DNA of 64,000 bases, taken from positions 124,001 through 188,000 of the forward strand of contig NIVC01000280.1 in the NCBI GenBank assembly GCA_002269645.1, in the 5' to 3' direction. Source of the DNA: Macrostomum lignano. Lineage: Eukaryota. Below are positions 33,301 to 51,600 of the stretch, piece by piece; within the stretch, counting starts at the first letter, position 1, and each line of letters begins with the position of its first letter. The translations under genes and the position numbers were made by a program. Under the pieces are notes generated by a model. The model had not been told where the DNA came from and made no database searches. It saw only the letters and a list, made by a program, of their open reading frames with translations.

Positions 33301-33639
33301 CGCGCGGGACACCGGCGAGGTCAGGGCTGCGGCCGCGGCTGCTGCTGAAGCCGCCGAAGCTGACGCAGGCTCCGGCAGCGTGGGCAGCAAAGTTTGCACC
33401 ACCTGGACGGTCTCCGGCTCCAGGATGAGCACGGCCGGGCCGTTGGCAACAGCCAGGAGGCCCTGCGGCCCCCAGTCGCCGACGAACTGCTGTTGAAGAT
33501 GCGGATTGTGCTGGCCGACCGAGGCAATGTCGAAGGCGGCGGCCCCGCTGATGGCCTTGTAGCGGGGCGAGTAGCGGCCGCTGCTCAGCGACACGATGCC
33601 GTGGCCACCAGGGGCCGCCAAATTTGCTGCTGTTGTCAT
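24391..33639 (-). CDS. WDR11: WD repeat-containing protein 11; 8 exons: 32801-33639, 31890-32145, 30775-31029, 29788-30423, 29080-29189, 27367-27887, 25813-26279, 24391-25251 (~1314 aa)
   Basis: Motifs match remembered human WDR11: DWGPQGLLA, RNHVIAVYSREIVLIDL, MCPPLKT..YRPLLAVG, QYLALGFRDKPAEIWD, VWKADMMVIGDTDG, LFGQLDKAVQLLLET, QSTVKLVATSLMANG. All seven introns are GT-AG and phase-consistent. Confidence 0.95.
25290..25806. repeat. 20-bp minisatellite (GGGATCACACGGGGAGAATG) filling WDR11 intron 7
   Basis: Tandem units. Confidence 0.97.
26380..27340. repeat. 12-bp pyrimidine-rich minisatellite (CCGCCCTCTCCT) filling WDR11 intron 6
   Basis: Tandem units. Confidence 0.97.
27950..29060. repeat. 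12-bp minisatellite (ACAGAACCTGTT) interrupted by inserted elements at 28416-28979
   Basis: Array on both sides of the insertion. Confidence 0.93.
28453..28815 (+). mobile_element. tRNA-derived SINE with A-rich tail and 18-bp target-site duplication
   Basis: A box TAGCCCAGCGG, B box GGCTCGATTCC, tail AATAAAAAATAAAAA; TSD AGGGCTGTCCCGGAGGGG at 28435-28452 and 28816-28833. Confidence 0.85.
29236..29745. repeat. 23-bp minisatellite (ACAGGTGCAGCAGCAATCATCAC)
   Basis: Tandem units in WDR11 intron 4. Confidence 0.97.
30455..30597. repeat. (GAGT)n microsatellite; a 22-bp repeat follows at ~30660-30745
   Basis: Read directly. Confidence 0.97.
31189..31261 (-). tRNA. tRNA-like sequence (Lys-type body, anticodon TAT); probably pseudo-tRNA or SINE head
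   Basis: 73-nt cloverleaf: D stem GCGC/GAGC, anticodon stem CCAGA/TCTGG, T stem GCGGG/CCCGC with TTCGA; one C-A mismatch in the acceptor stem; TTTTT downstream. Confidence 0.6.
31481..31557 (+). tRNA. tRNA-like sequence, inverted paralog of 31189-31261 (anticodon TAA, 4-nt D-arm insertion); probable pseudo-tRNA
   Basis: GGGCGGA/TCTGTCC acceptor stem, T arm GCGGGTTCGAGCCCCGC, TTTTT downstream; no long variable arm despite a Leu anticodon. Confidence 0.55.
31755..31872. repeat. 14-bp tandem repeat (GCCATACTGAGGGC)
   Basis: About 8 perfect units. Confidence 0.95.
32259..32752. repeat. (AAACCC)n-like telomere-variant satellite in WDR11 intron 1
   Basis: Imperfect hexamer array. Confidence 0.95.
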
Positions 33640-33743
33640 GGCAACCAGGTGTGGCGCTAAGAGAATCTGTGCAGCTGAAGATGAGGGAGCGCTGGCGACT
33701 TGAGAATACCAAGAGTACAACAGGGATTTCTTATCTTCAACTT

Positions 33744-33802
33744 ATCCTGCTCAAGGACACAAATTGCTTCGAGTCGTGAGTCCGACGCTCTGACCACTAG
33801 GC
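33744..33802 (-). mobile_element. Internally deleted copy of the 14.3-kb SINE, ~100 bp upstream of the WDR11 start
   Basis: ctgctcaaggacacaaattg...gtcgtgagtccgacgctctgaccactaggc matches 14425-14512. Confidence 0.65.
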
Positions 33803-33919
33803 TGCAGCGGATCTATGAGAATTTCCCGCAGGAAGTTTTCCCGCCGAGTTTTTCCCGCCGAGGTTTTCCCGCAGGGTTTTTCCTCTGTCGGGTAAATCTG
33901 GGCGGGGAAATCTCTTGCG

Positions 33920-35400
33920 GGAAAACCTCCTGTGGGAAAACCTGTAGCGGTAAAACCTCCTGCGGGAAAACCAGTAGCGGGAAAACCAGTAGCGGGAAAA
34001 CCAGTAGCGGGAAAACCAGTAGCGGGAAAACCTCCTGTGGGAAAACCTGTAGCGGGAAAACCTGTAGCGGGGAAACCTGTAGCGGGGAAACCTGTAGCAG
34101 GAAAACCTCCTGTGGGAAAACCTGTAGCGGGAAAACCTGTAGCGGGAAAACCTCCTGCGGGAAAACCTCCTGCGGGAAAACCTGTAGCGGGGAAACCTGT
34201 AGCAGGAAAACCTCCTGTGGGAAAACCTGTAGCGGGAAAACCTGTAGCAGGAAAACCTGTAGCGGGAAAACCTGTAGCGGGAAAACCAGTAGCGGGAAAA
34301 CCTGTAGCGGGAAAACCTGTAGCAGGAAAACCTCCTGTGGGAAAACCTGTAGCGGGAAAACCTGTAGCGGGAAAACCTGTAGCGGGAAAACCTGTAGCGG
34401 GAAAACCTGTAGCAGGAAAACCTCCTGTGGGAAAACCTGTAGCGGGAAAACCTCCTGTGGGAAAACCTGTAGCGGGAAAACCTGTAGCAGGAAAACCTGT
34501 AGCGGGAAAACCTGTAGCGGGAAAACCAGTAGCGGGAAAACCTGTAGCAGGAAAACCTCCTGTGGGGAAACCTGTAGCGGGGAAACCTGTAGCAGGAAAA
34601 CCTCCTGTGGGAAAACCTGTAGCGGGAAAACCTGTAGCGGGAAAACCTCCTGCGGGAAAACCTCCTGCGGGAAAACCTGTAGCGGGGAAACCTGTAGCAG
34701 GAAAACCTCCTGTGGGAAAACCTGTAGCGGGAAAACCTGTAGCAGGAAAACCTGTAGCGGGAAAACCTGTAGCGGGAAAACCAGTAGCGGGAAAACCTGT
34801 AGCGGGAAAACCTGTAGCAGGAAAACCTCCTGCGGGAAAACCTCCTGCGGGAAAACCTGTAGCGGGAAAACCTGTAGCGGGAAAACCTGTAGCGGGAAAA
34901 CCTGTAGCGGGAAAACCTGTAGCGGGAAAACCTGTAGCGGGAAAACCTGTAGCGGGAAAACCTGTAGCGGGAAAACCTGTAGCGGGAAAACCTGTAGCGG
35001 GAAAACCTGTAGCAGGAAAACCTCCTGTGGGAAAACCTGTAGCGGGAAAACCTCCTGTGGGAAAACCTGTAGCGGGAAAACCTGTAGCGGGAAAACCTGT
35101 AGCGGGAAAACCTCCTGAGGGAAAACCTCCTGCGGGAAAACCTGTAGCGGGGAAACCTCCTGCGGGAAAACCTGTAGCGGGGAAACCTCCTGCGGGAAAA
35201 CCTGTAGCGGGAAAACCTGTAGCGGGAAAACCTGTAGCGGGGAAACCTGTAGCGGGGAAACCTCCTGCGGGAAAACTTGTAGCGGGAAAACCTGTAGCGG
35301 GAAAACCTGTAGCGGGGAAACCTGTAGCGGGGAAACCTCCTGCGGGAAAACTTGTAGCGGGGAAACCCCACTGCAGGAAAAGCTCGCGCGGGAAAACCTC
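33920..35400. repeat. 15-bp minisatellite (GGGAAAACCTGTAGC variants), intergenic
   Basis: About 100 tandem units. Confidence 0.98.
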
Positions 35401-36214
35401 GAAGAGGAAAACTTCCTGCGGGAAATTCTCGCGCTACCGCTGCAACCCCTCAGTCTCAGTTACTCATCTGGCTACTCGTCAAAGTAGGCAATTTCGTATA
35501 TAACAGTAGGTCATCTAAGTTACTCTGCACTTTGATTTCTATTGTATTCAATTTTTAGTCTTAAAGCCTGCCTCACTGCCTACGGCCACTGCAAGCTAAA
35601 CAAAGGTTTTTAAAAGATCGAACACAAAAAACCAGTACATTTGAATCCACGTTGAAAAAATCAACAGAGTGGATAATTTTTCAAAATTACGCTGTGTACT
35701 ATTTTTTTCTTAATCAAAAAGATGGAATTGCCAGCAGCGAGGGGCGGCCATGTTCACCAGTTGGTTTAAGCATAGAGATGGAAATTTGAGCAGTTAAACC
35801 TGCCCATGAGATCAATCACAACTCAGTATTGCTAGCTAGAGACTAAAGTATTGCACTGAGATTCTGCTGCAATTAACTATTAAAATATTGCTTTGAGTCG
35901 GTTGTAAAAAAGAATTGACTCTTAATAATGTAAACAGAAAAAAAATGAGAAAAATTGCTTATTTGCTACTCATACTACTAACAAAACAGTATAATAAATA
36001 TCGATAACTTTCTTTCTGCAGTGCCGCCATCGCAAATCGTGCCTTTAGCTTTAGTAAGAAGTTAGAGAAGAGGGGACGGCTGACAGATCGCTCTAATCCT
36101 TCGCATTTCGTTTGCTCTTTCGAATCTTTTAAGACTATAAGAGAAATGGCATCATATATTGCAAATTCATACAAAACTCTTACAAACTAACCGAGTCCCG
36201 AAAAAATTTTTAGA

Positions 36215-36500
36215 AAAACCCTCGGGAAATCCTTGGGAAATCCTTAGGAAACCGTTAGAAATTCCTTGGGAAATCCTTGGGAAATCCTTGGAAAATCCTT
36301 GGAAAATCCTTGGGAAATCCTCGGGAAATCCTTGGAAAATCCTTGGGAAATCCTCGGGAAATCCTTGGAAAATCCTTGGGAAATCCTTGAGAAATCCTTG
36401 GAAAATCCTTGGGGAATACTTGATAGAAATTCTTAAGAAACCCTTAGAAACTCCTTTGTAAATCCTTAAGAAATTTTTGAAAAATCTTTGAGAAATTCTT
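36215..36500. repeat. 11-12-bp degenerate repeat (GAAATCCTTGG)
   Basis: Read directly. Confidence 0.9.
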
Positions 36501-36649
36501 AAAAATACTTGAGAAAACTCCTCTTTTAAAAAACGAAGAACCAAATTAACAATTAAAGGTCGATACCCGCTAGACCTTAGCGTTCAAACACAGTCATAAA
36601 GTCAGTGGAGCGATCCCGCCTTCCTCTCCCTCTTCACTCCTCGAGGGCC

Positions 36650-40778
<4,129 letters not shown>

Positions 40779-40934
40779 GGCTTGTGTTGTTCAGTTAAAG
40801 AGATTCAGAATGTAGATTGCACAGTCGCTAAAAAGGTCAAATTTATTTATGCAGCATAAGCAGAAAACTGTTTAGGAGCATCTAAATTTGAATTCATATC
40901 AAACCTTATTCTTATAAATTCTTATGAATTCACT

Positions 40935-41470
40935 ACTCAGCCAATCAATAACCTCTTCACCCACCCCACTCCTCACCCCATCCCTAACCACCTCACCCAA
41001 TCAATAACCTCTTCACCCACCCCACTCCTCACCTCATCCTAACCACCTCACCCAATCAATAACCTCTTCACCCACCCCACTCCTCACCCCATCCCTAACC
41101 ACCTCACCCCATCCCTACCCCCTCACCGAATCCCTAACCTCTTCACCCACCCCACTCCTCACCCGATCCCTAATCTCTTCCCCCATCCCGAACCTTTCAT
41201 CCCATCCCGAACCCCCTCACCCCATCCCTAACCCCTCATCCCATCTCGAACCCCTTCACCCCATCCCGAACCCCCTCACCCCATCCCTAACCCCTCATCC
41301 CATCTCGAACCCCTTCACCCAATCCCGAACCCCTTCACCCCATCCCTAACCCCATCACCCAATCCCGAACCTCTACACCCACCCCATCCCTAACCCCCTC
41401 ACCTCATCCCTAACTCCCTCACCCAATCCATAACCTCTACACCCACCCCATCCCTAACCCCTTCACCCAC
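40935..41470. repeat. C-rich degenerate tandem repeat, intergenic
   Basis: CACCCCATCCCTAACC-type units. Confidence 0.9.
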
Positions 41471-42084
41471 TGCAATTGTACCTAGAAATGAAAGCAGCTT
41501 CAGGGTGATCAAGCTAATAGCATCAAGCCAAATAAAGCGGCATTATTTCACATAAAAATCGATATACTTCCATCACAAAAGGGCAAAAACAGTTGTTTAG
41601 GACTAGAGAGTTACACGTAAGCAGTACACCTGTGTGTAATAGATCGTGAATACAAGCTTCAGAGCTACGGTGAAAACTTATGACTGCAAATTGCAATCCA
41701 GTCTACATAAAGCGACGGGATATTAAAATGGAGCAAAAGCAGCAAAATACTAAACGTCTAATTAATAAAAGATTATCATAAACCAAGCCTCGTGGGGTGA
41801 ATGACGCAATTCTATAGATAACAACAAAATACTATGATTGCAATGGTTAAAGCAAGTCAAACAGACATTGACTAGAATTTATTCGTATTCTAAATACACA
41901 AAATCTATAATCTAATTAAAAATATTAATAAAGCAAAAGAAATACGAGCAAACTGTGAAAAATGTGCCAAAATAACAAATTTAATATTTGATAAATCAGT
42001 TCTTGAATGAACCGCGCAAATTGCTATTAAACACGAAAAAAGCTGAGTTACGACATGAGTGTAACGTAGCGCAAGATTTTAAGC

Positions 42085-42612
42085 TACCAAATGGCGCCAG
42101 ATTGAGTTACTAAATGTCGCCAGATTGAGTTACTAAACGGCGCCAGATTGAGTTACTAAATGGCGCCAGATTGAGTTACTAAATGGCGCCAGATTAAGTT
42201 ACCAAATGGCGCCAGATAAAGTTACCAAATGGCGCCAGATTAAGTTACCAAATGGCGCCAGATAAAGTTACCAAATAGCGCCAGATTGATTAACTAAATG
42301 TCGCCAGATTGAGCTACTAAATGGCGCCAGATTGAGCTACTAAATGGCGCCAGATTGAGCTACTAAATGGCGCCAGATTGAGCTACTAAATAGAGCCAGA
42401 TTGAGCTACTAAATGGCGCCAGATTGAGCTACTAAATGGCGCCAGATTGAGCTACTAAATAGAGCCAGATTGAGCTACTAAATGGCGCCAGATTGAGCTA
42501 CTAAATGGCGCCAGATTGAGCTACTAAATGGCGCCAGATTGAGCTACTAAATGGCGCCAGATTGAGCTACTAAATGGCGCCAGATTGAGTTACTAAATGG
42601 CGCCAGATTGAG
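42085..42612. repeat. 23-bp minisatellite (AAATGGCGCCAGATTGAGCTACT) just past the UNC79 stop
   Basis: Tandem units. Confidence 0.96.
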
Positions 42613-42634
42613 ATTGAGTAGATACTCGAGTAGA

Positions 42635-45600
42635 TTAAGTGATGTAAATTTGAGTAGCCTGAGACGACTGGCTCTCAATGAGGCCGAGCTTGAGCACGTA
42701 GCCCTTGAGCCATTTGAGCAGCATGCCGTCAGTGAGCGATCGGTCTTGCGTGGGCGGGGCCGGCGGCTCCCAGTTGACCGTCTGCTGCAGGCGGATCTGC
42801 GTGCTGTTGTTCAGGTGGCCCGTGTGAGCGTAGAACACGGGGATCCACAGGGCGATCAGCTGAGCGGATGTGAGGGGGGTGGCGGGCCAGATCAAGCTCA
42901 GGTAGCTGGGAGAGGTCAGGATTAGCAACCTTGAGATCATGGGATGATTTTGAGATTACGGGATGATTATTTTGAGATCATGGGATGATTTTGAGATCAT
43001 GGGATGATTTTGAGATCATGGGATGATTTTGAGATCATGGGATGATTTTGAGATTACGGGATGATTATTTTGAGATCATGGGATGATTTTGAGATCATGG
43101 GATGATTTTGAGATTACGGGATGATTATTTTGAGATCATGGGATGATTTTGAGATTACGGGATGATTATTTTGAGATCATGGGATGATTTTGAGATCATG
43201 GGATGATTTTGAGATTACGGGATGATTATTTTGAGATCATGGGATGATTTTGAGATTACGGGATGATTATTTTGAGATCATGGGATGATTTTGAGATCAT
43301 GGGATGATTTTGAGATCATGGGATGATTTTGAGATCATGGGATGATTTTGAGATTACGGGATGATTTTGAGATTACGGGATGATTTTGAGATAACGGGAT
43401 AATTTTGAGACGGAATGATTTTGAGATTACGGGATGGTTATTTTGAGATCATGGGATGATTTTGAGATTACGGGATGATTATTTTGAGATCATGGGATGA
43501 TTTTGAGATTACGGGATGGTTATTTTGAGATCATGGGATGATTTTGAGATTACGGGATGATTATTTTGAGATCACGGGATGATTTTGAGATCGCGGGATG
43601 ATTTTGAGATCGCGGGATGATTTTGAGATCACGGGATGATTGAGTACCATGGTCTCAAAATCACGGGATTGATTGAGAGATTAGACTCATTAGAGGCTGG
43701 CTTTGAAATTAAGGCAAATTTTGAGATTAGGGGAAAATTTGTACTGGGCGAATTTTTTTTTGGTTCAGTGACTCTGACAGTAGGTGGCGGTTCTTTTCTT
43801 ACCTTAGTTAAAATGGTGGAATTGCAGGCCTTCAAAGACTCCATCATGTGCAGTAAGTGACCGTTGACAATATCGGCCAGCTGTGGATAGGTGAGGACAG
43901 GTGAGAGGGTAAACTGGGGTGAAGCAGATAGTCTAATACCATGAAAGGTTTTTCATAGCTTATTCAAAAATTGAACCAGCTAACCGTCTGCCGGCTAGCA
44001 TTTTAAATAGCTAGTTGTCTGCTCTATAAGAGAAAGTGCAACATGATCTGCAAACTGATGCTTTTATAAGTAGGACCCTGAATACAGGTGCTTCGTATGG
44101 CTGCTTCCGAAAACTTATGGATTTGCAGAAAAGTCGTCCAGTAAAAGCAATGTGTTTTGAGTAATTCATTTGTATTCGTCGCCTCTTAAGTTAAGACTAC
44201 TTCAAGTATAAGCGGCCAAAAAACAGTCGGAAGGAGCCACGTTATACATTTCGTTATCAGGACAGGAATTATGTACACTATTGATTCAGCTGACAATGTA
44301 CATCCACTGAAACCCTCTAATGAATTACGGGGTAGAGAAGGGACAGGGTGGATGGAATAGCGGCAAAGATAAGCCAAATGAACTGAGTTGGCTGGAGGCA
44401 CGTGACACGCTCTGCCCCCAGTGCAGGAAGAATGTACATTAAAGTCAATGTACATCCACTGAACCACTCTAATGAATTACGGGGTAGAGAAGGGACAGGG
44501 GTGGATGGAATAGCGGCAAAGATAAGCCAAATGAACTGAGTTGGCTGCAGGCACGTGACACGCTCTGCCCCCAGTGCAGGAAGAATGTACATTAAAGACA
44601 ATGTACGTACATCGGCAGCTAAACCCCCTCTGAACCCTCTATCTAAATAGGGGTAGAGAAGTGGCTGGGGTTGCGTGGCGTTGATTGACCAATAAAAATT
44701 CAGAAGAAAAAAGTGCCAATACAAATAACAGGAGCAGCAAAGCATCACACAGGCCAGACGTGATGCCCAATTTTTCACTCTGTGACTTTGCAGTAAAAGT
44801 ACGGGGGTAATTGCCCTTAACAGTTCTCTACTATTAGTAGCAGCCTATGTGCTGTGTGACCAAAATATATTCTAGGCGGTGCAGGCGGTGGTGTCACAAA
44901 ACTCAAGGATGTCAATACGAGTAGATTGTCTTTAAAAAACTCATTTAAAATAGGCAGCAGGGACTACTCGAAGTAGCTAATTAGCAAATCTGCAGGAGGG
45001 GCACAGCGCTGGCGCGGTGTCAAATAAATAATCTTCAGTGTTGCAAAAACTGCAGAGTAAAAAAATCTTTATGCAGGGTTCAAGCTAGCTATGTGTCGAG
45101 AGGAAGTGAGGAACTGCTTATGCTGAAGGTCAATTGCATTGAAAAGCTATAAAAAACTTTGAATGAGATGAAACAATTAGAGATTAAAACTAAACTCAAC
45201 CTTAAAATGGCTAGTTCAAAAATTCAAATTAGCTAAAAGCACTAAAGTGCATATAAAGTCCCGACAAAAATGCTAGCTCAAAGCAAAAAATTCAGGCAAT
45301 CGTCTGAACAAATTGGAATGAAAGTAAACGCTTTAGAAAATTACTAAACTAGACAAGCTTTCCTATTGGTAAGGGAATGGTGTAAGAGTAGATAGTCTGA
45401 GAATAGACTGTCCGAGAGTAGACTATGAGAGTAGAGAGTAGACTATAAAATTAAACTGCTTGAGAGTATATTGCTGAGAGTAGACAATGAGATTAGACTG
45501 GGTCAGAGAAGACTATGAGAGTAGACTATGAGAGTAGACTGTCTGAGAGTAGACTATGAGAGTAGACTATGAGAGTAGACTGTCTCAGAGTAGACTATGA

Positions 45601-48600
45601 GAGTAGACTGGGTGAGAGAAGACTATGAGAGTAGACTGGGTGAGAGAAGACTATGAGAGTAGATTATGAGAGTAGACTGTGAGAGTAGACTATGAGAGTA
45701 GACTATGAGAGTAGACTATGAGAGTAGACTATGTGAGTTTACTGTAGATTGATCTGAAGGTGAACACACAGGTGCACGGAGCAGGTGTGCAGGAATGGCT
45801 GGCCAGTCTACCTGCCAGTCAGTGGAGGTGGGATTAGGGATCAGTGCCGAGATCTGAGGTGCCTAATCAACAATGTGCTCAATTTCTACAGTTGCTGAGG
45901 AACAACTCATGAATTGCGGTTAGTTGGTGTTGTGGCGCAGCTGCTTTTGAGCTGAGCACAGCGGCAAAAGTTCACTCTAAATAGCTATCATTAATTTCGG
46001 TTACAAACCTCCTTGAGCGAGCGGCTCTTTGGCTGCAGTCGGATTTGTGATGCAAAACGGATGATTAGTTACGGTGCGAGCTCAACGGAGCAAAACAACT
46101 CATTAGATGACGTACTTTTATCTAATAAAACAAAAACTACAAATGCTGCGATTTCAAACGCAATCATTCAGTTGCTGTGCTAAATTTTTAGCAAATAGCA
46201 ACCGAATTCTTTAGTAGCTTTGATGTTAAATAATAAAAACCAAAACCAAAATAAAGCAACTTGGTCAGTCGGCGAACGCAAAGCAAAAACCGGGCGGTGA
46301 CAAAAGCAACCACGTGACTGTGAGAGTTAAACGCAAATTACTGCAAGTTGCACAAACGTGAATCTGCCGTTCTCTAGCAAAGAAAAATTCAAGGAAACAG
46401 AAGACAATAAGAAAAAACTGAATTGCAAGCGCCTCGTGATTTTCTGACTTTGGCTAAGCAGGTTTCGGGATAAACCAACCACTAGGGTGTTCAAAGGCCA
46501 TGGATAACTAATCCTTAGGGTGTTCAAAGGCTATGGATAACTAATCCTTAGGGTTTTCAAAGGCCATGGATAACTAATCCTTAGGGTGTTCAAAGGCCAT
46601 GGATAACTAATCCCTAGGGTGTTCGAAAGCCATGGACTACTAATCCCTAGGGTTTTATAGGCCATGGATAACTAATCCATAGGGTGTTCAAAGACCATGG
46701 ATTACTAATCCCTAGGGTTTTATAGGCCATGGATAACTAATCCATAGGGTGTTCAAAGACCATGGATTACTAATCCCTAGGGTTTTCAAAGGCCATGGAT
46801 AACTAATCCATAGGGTGTTCAAAGACCATGGATTACTAATCCCTAGGGTTTTCAAAGGCCATGGATAACTAATCCTTAGGGTGTTCAAAGACCATGGATT
46901 ACTAATCCCTAGGGTTTTCAAAGGCCATGGATAACTAATCCTTAGGGTGTTCAAAGGCCATGGATAACTAATCCCTAGGGTGTTCGAAAGCCATGGACTA
47001 CTAATCCCTAGGGTTTTATAGGCCATGGATAACTAATCCATAGGGTGTTCAAAGACCATGGATTACTAATCCCTAGGGTTTTATAGGCCATGGATAACTA
47101 ATCCATAGGGTGTTCAAAGACCATGGATTACTAATCCCTAGGGTTTTATAGGCCATGGATAACTAATCCATAGGGTGTTCAAAGACCATGGATTACTAAT
47201 CCCTAGGGTTTTATAGGCCATGGATAACTAATCCATAGGGTGTTCAAAGACCATGGATTACTAATCCCTAGGGTTTTATAGGCCATGGATAACTAATCCA
47301 TAGGGTGTTCAAAGACCATGGATTACTAATCCCTAGGGTTTTATAGGCCATGGATAACTAATCCATAGGGTGTTCAAAGGCCATGGGCAACGAATCCCAA
47401 TGCAAATTCCAGTTATAGACAACCTCAAACCGGATGTACTGAGAACAAGCCGCGGAACCGACTGGTTTAGAAACCTTAAAACCGTGATCTCACTAACAGA
47501 AGTTAGAAGCTCATTAATTTTTTTTAAATGAGAGAAATTATAAATCGCCAGCAAGAGACACAAAACCTCAATAGACGTCGCTCACACTTCAATAAAGCAT
47601 CTCTTTAATGATAAAAAACTGACCAAAATCCCGGGACCCATCTTCTGAAAATTTCTCACCCCTTTGGCGTGCGACAGGAGCTGCAGAATGCCGGGCGTCA
47701 CGCGGCCCCAGAAGTCCATAATCCGCTGTCTGGCGTCGTTCGTCTGCGACGCGTCGTCAATACCGACCTCGCAGTACATGGTCCACAGGCTGCACAGGTG
47801 GAAGGCGAAGTTCAGAGCGGACATCTGCTGCACAGAGCCCTGGACAAGGGGGAAGACGGGCAGGGGAGGGGGCGGGAGCGATTGGTGAAACCCGCGCGAA
47901 CTCGAGTTGCGCTTTGTGATTTAAAGTTGCGCCTTTGATCCGCTAGCCAATCAGTGAGATTAATTGAGACGAAATAGTGGTAGAAGTGAGTGGTGAGAAA
48001 TGGGGTGGTGAGGAGCGGGGTAAGGAGTGGGGTGGTGAGGAGTGGAGTGGGGTGGGTGAGGAGTGGAGTGGGGTGGGTGAGCATTAGAGTGGGTGAGGTG
48101 TGGGGTAAGGAGTGGGGTGGTGAGGTGTGGGGTAAGGAGTGGGGTGGTGAGGTGTGGAGTAAGGAGTGTGTTGGTGAGGTGTGGAGTAAGGAGTGTGTTG
48201 GTGAGGTGTGGGGTAAGGAGTGGGGTGGTGAGATGTGGGGTAAGTAGTGGGGTGGTGGGGTGTGGGGTAAGGAGTGGGGTGGTGAGGCGTGGGGTAAGTA
48301 GTGGGGTGGTGGGGTGTGGGGTAAGGAGTGGGGTGGTGAGGCGTGGGGTAAGGAGTGAGGGGTAAGGAGTGGGGTGGTGAGGTGTGGGGTAAGGAGTGGG
48401 GTGGTGAGTAGCGAGAATCAAAGCGGAAAGATCGCCAAAACCCATAGACATAAATGTCAGTGACTAATAATAACCCGTAAGCGATTAAAATCAGTTTTAC
48501 ACGTAAATCAATACTCTGGAATAAATTCCCCGAATACCAAATTACAAAAAAACGATTTGTGCCGCGTTCACCGGTATGCGGGTGATAATAATTTTAAGCA

Positions 48601-51600
48601 CCTTCAAATTTGGGTTAATCTTAAAACCTGCCCCTGTTACTCGTGATCTGGATAGCTCAGCACAACGGTATGAAAGAGAGACTAAGAGACGAGATTAGAC
48701 AAGAAGCGGGTTTATGCGGCGGATCAAGTTAATTGGCTGAATTTTAGCCCGCTTAAGGCTAGCACATCAGTTAATTTAGCGCGGTTTTTGAAATCATCTT
48801 TAACAAGCGCAGAATGACTAGAAACTACGAACCAACAGTGACTTAATTTGCTACGAAAGATGCGGTTAGCATTGCTAACCAATCTATAGACACGGCTCTA
48901 GGGTTACTTTAGTTTAAAGTGTCTAAGAACGGCTCTAAAATTGATTGCAATCAAAATTTAAGGCAAAGCGACTATCCAATTTCTAATTAAGCGAATGTAC
49001 ACTGTGGTGGGGTTGAATTGGATGTACACTGGGCTGGGGTTGAATTGGGTGTACACTGGGGTGGGGTTGAATTGGGTGTACACTGGGTTGGGGTTGAATT
49101 GGGTGTACACTGGGCTGGGGTTGAATTGGATGTACACTGGGCTGGGGTTGAATTGGGCGTACACTCGGCTGGAGTTTAATTGGGTGTACACTTGGCTGGA
49201 GTTTAATTGGGTGTACACTGGGCTGGGGTTGAATTGGGTGTACACTGGGGTGGGGTTGAATTGGGTGTACACTGGGTTGGGGTTGAATTGGGTGTACACT
49301 TGGCTGGGGTTGAATTGGATGTACACTGGGCTGGGGTTGAATTGGGCGTACACTCGGCTGGAGTTTAATTGGGTGTACACTGTGGTGGGGTTGAATTGGA
49401 TGTACACTGGGCTGGGGTTGAATTGGGTGTACACTGGGGTGGGGTTGAATTGGGTGTACACTGGGTTGGGGTTGAATTGGGTGTACACTGGGCTGGGGTT
49501 GAATTGGATGTACACTGGGCTGGGGTTGAATTGGGCGTACACTCGGCTGGAGTTTAATTGGGTGTACACTTGGCTGGAGTTTAATTGGGTGTACACTGGG
49601 CTGGGGTTGAATTGGATGTACACTGGGCTGGGGTTGAATTGAGCGTACACTGGGGTGGGGTTGAATTGGGTGTACACTGGGTTGGGGTTGAATTGGGTGT
49701 ACACTTGGCTGGGGTTGAATTGGGCGTACACTCGGCTGGAGTTTAATTGGGTGTACACTGGGCTGGGGTTGAATTGGGTGTACACTTGGCTGGGGTTGAA
49801 TTGGGTGTACACTGGGCTGGGGTTGAATTGGGTGTACACTTGGCTGGGGTTGAATTGGGTGTACACTGGGGTGGGGTTGAATTGGGTGTACACTGGGCTG
49901 GGGTTGAATTGGGTGTACACTGGGCTGGGGTTGAATTGGGTGTACACTTGGCTGGGGTTGAATTGGGTGTACACTGGGGTGGGGTTGAATTGGGTGTACA
50001 CTGGGGTGGGGTTGAATTGGGTGTACACTGGGCTGGGGTTGAATTGAGTGTACACTGGGGTGGGGTTGAATTGGGCGTACACTCGGCTGGAGTTTAATTG
50101 GGTGTACACTGGGCTGGGGTTGAATTGGGTGTACACTGGGCTGGGGTTGAATTGGGTGTACACTGGGCTGGGGTTGAACTGGGTGTACACTTGGCTGGGG
50201 TTGAATTGGGCGTACACTCGGCTGGAGTTTAATTGGGTGTACACTGGGCTGGGGTTGAATTGGGTGTACACTTGGCTGGGGTTGAATTGGGTGTACACTG
50301 GGCTGGGGTTGAATTGGGTGTACACTGGGTTGGGGTTGAATTGGGTGTACACTTGGCTGGGGTTGAATTGGGTGTACACTCGGCTGGAGTTTAATTGGGT
50401 GTACACTTGGCTGGGGTTGAATTGGGTGTACACTGGGGTGGGGTTGAATTGGGTGTACACTTGGCTGGGGTTGAATTGGGTGTACACTTGGCTGGGGTTG
50501 AATTGGGTGTACACTTGGCTGGGGTTGAATTGGGTGTACACTGGGCTGGGGTTGAATTGGGTGTACACTCGGCTGGAGTTTAATTGGGTGTACACTGGGC
50601 TGGGGTTGAATTGGGTGTACACTTGGCTGGGGTTGAATTGGGTGTACACTGGGCTGGGGTTGAATTGGGTGTACACTTGGCTGGGGTTGAATTGGGTGTA
50701 CACTGGGCTGGGGTTGAATTGGGTGTACACTGGGCTGGGGTTGAATTGGGTGTACACTCGGCTGGGGTTGAATTGGGTGTACACTGGGCTGGGGTTGAAT
50801 TGGGTGTACACTCGGCTGGGGTTGAATTGGGTGTACACTGGGCTGGAGTTTAATTGGGTGTACACTTGGCTGGGGTTGAATTGGGCGTACACTCGGCTGG
50901 AGTTTAATTGGGTGTACACTTGGCTGGGGTTGAATTGGGTGTACACTCGGCTGGAGTTTAATTGGGTGTACACTGGGCTGGGGTTGAATTGGGTGTACAC
51001 TGGGCTGGGGTTGAATTGGGTGTACACTTGGCTGGGGTTGAATTGGGCGTACACTCGGCTGGAGTTTAATTGGGTGTACACTGGGCTGGGGTTGAATTGG
51101 GTGTACACTGTGGTGGGGTTGAATTGGGTGTACACTGTGGTGGGGTTGAATTGGGTGTACACTGGGGTGGGGTTGAATTGGGTGTACACTTGGCTGGGGT
51201 TGAATTGGGTGTACACTGGGGTGGGGTTGAATTGGGTGTACACTCGATGTGACTAAAGTGTACACTCGGGATGATTAGAGTGTACTCTGGAGTGAAGTTC
51301 GAATACTTTTTTGGTTGAAGTTCAACTCCAAAGCAGCATTACACCAAATTATTATGACAAACTATCACTATATAAAACACTAATAAGGCCGGTGATTTTC
51401 AATCAGTGACCCACGGATCAACACGCAGAATGGAAAATTGAATATAAAGAATTAGCCTTACAAGCAGGCTAAAATCGTTATACCGCCGGATAACCTACAC
51501 AATTGGAGATGGTCGCGAGAGAGCGGTGCCAGCGCTGGCTTCAATATAAGAAAATTTTCAACGACCGCGTGAAAACCAAAAATAAAATTACCAGAAATAA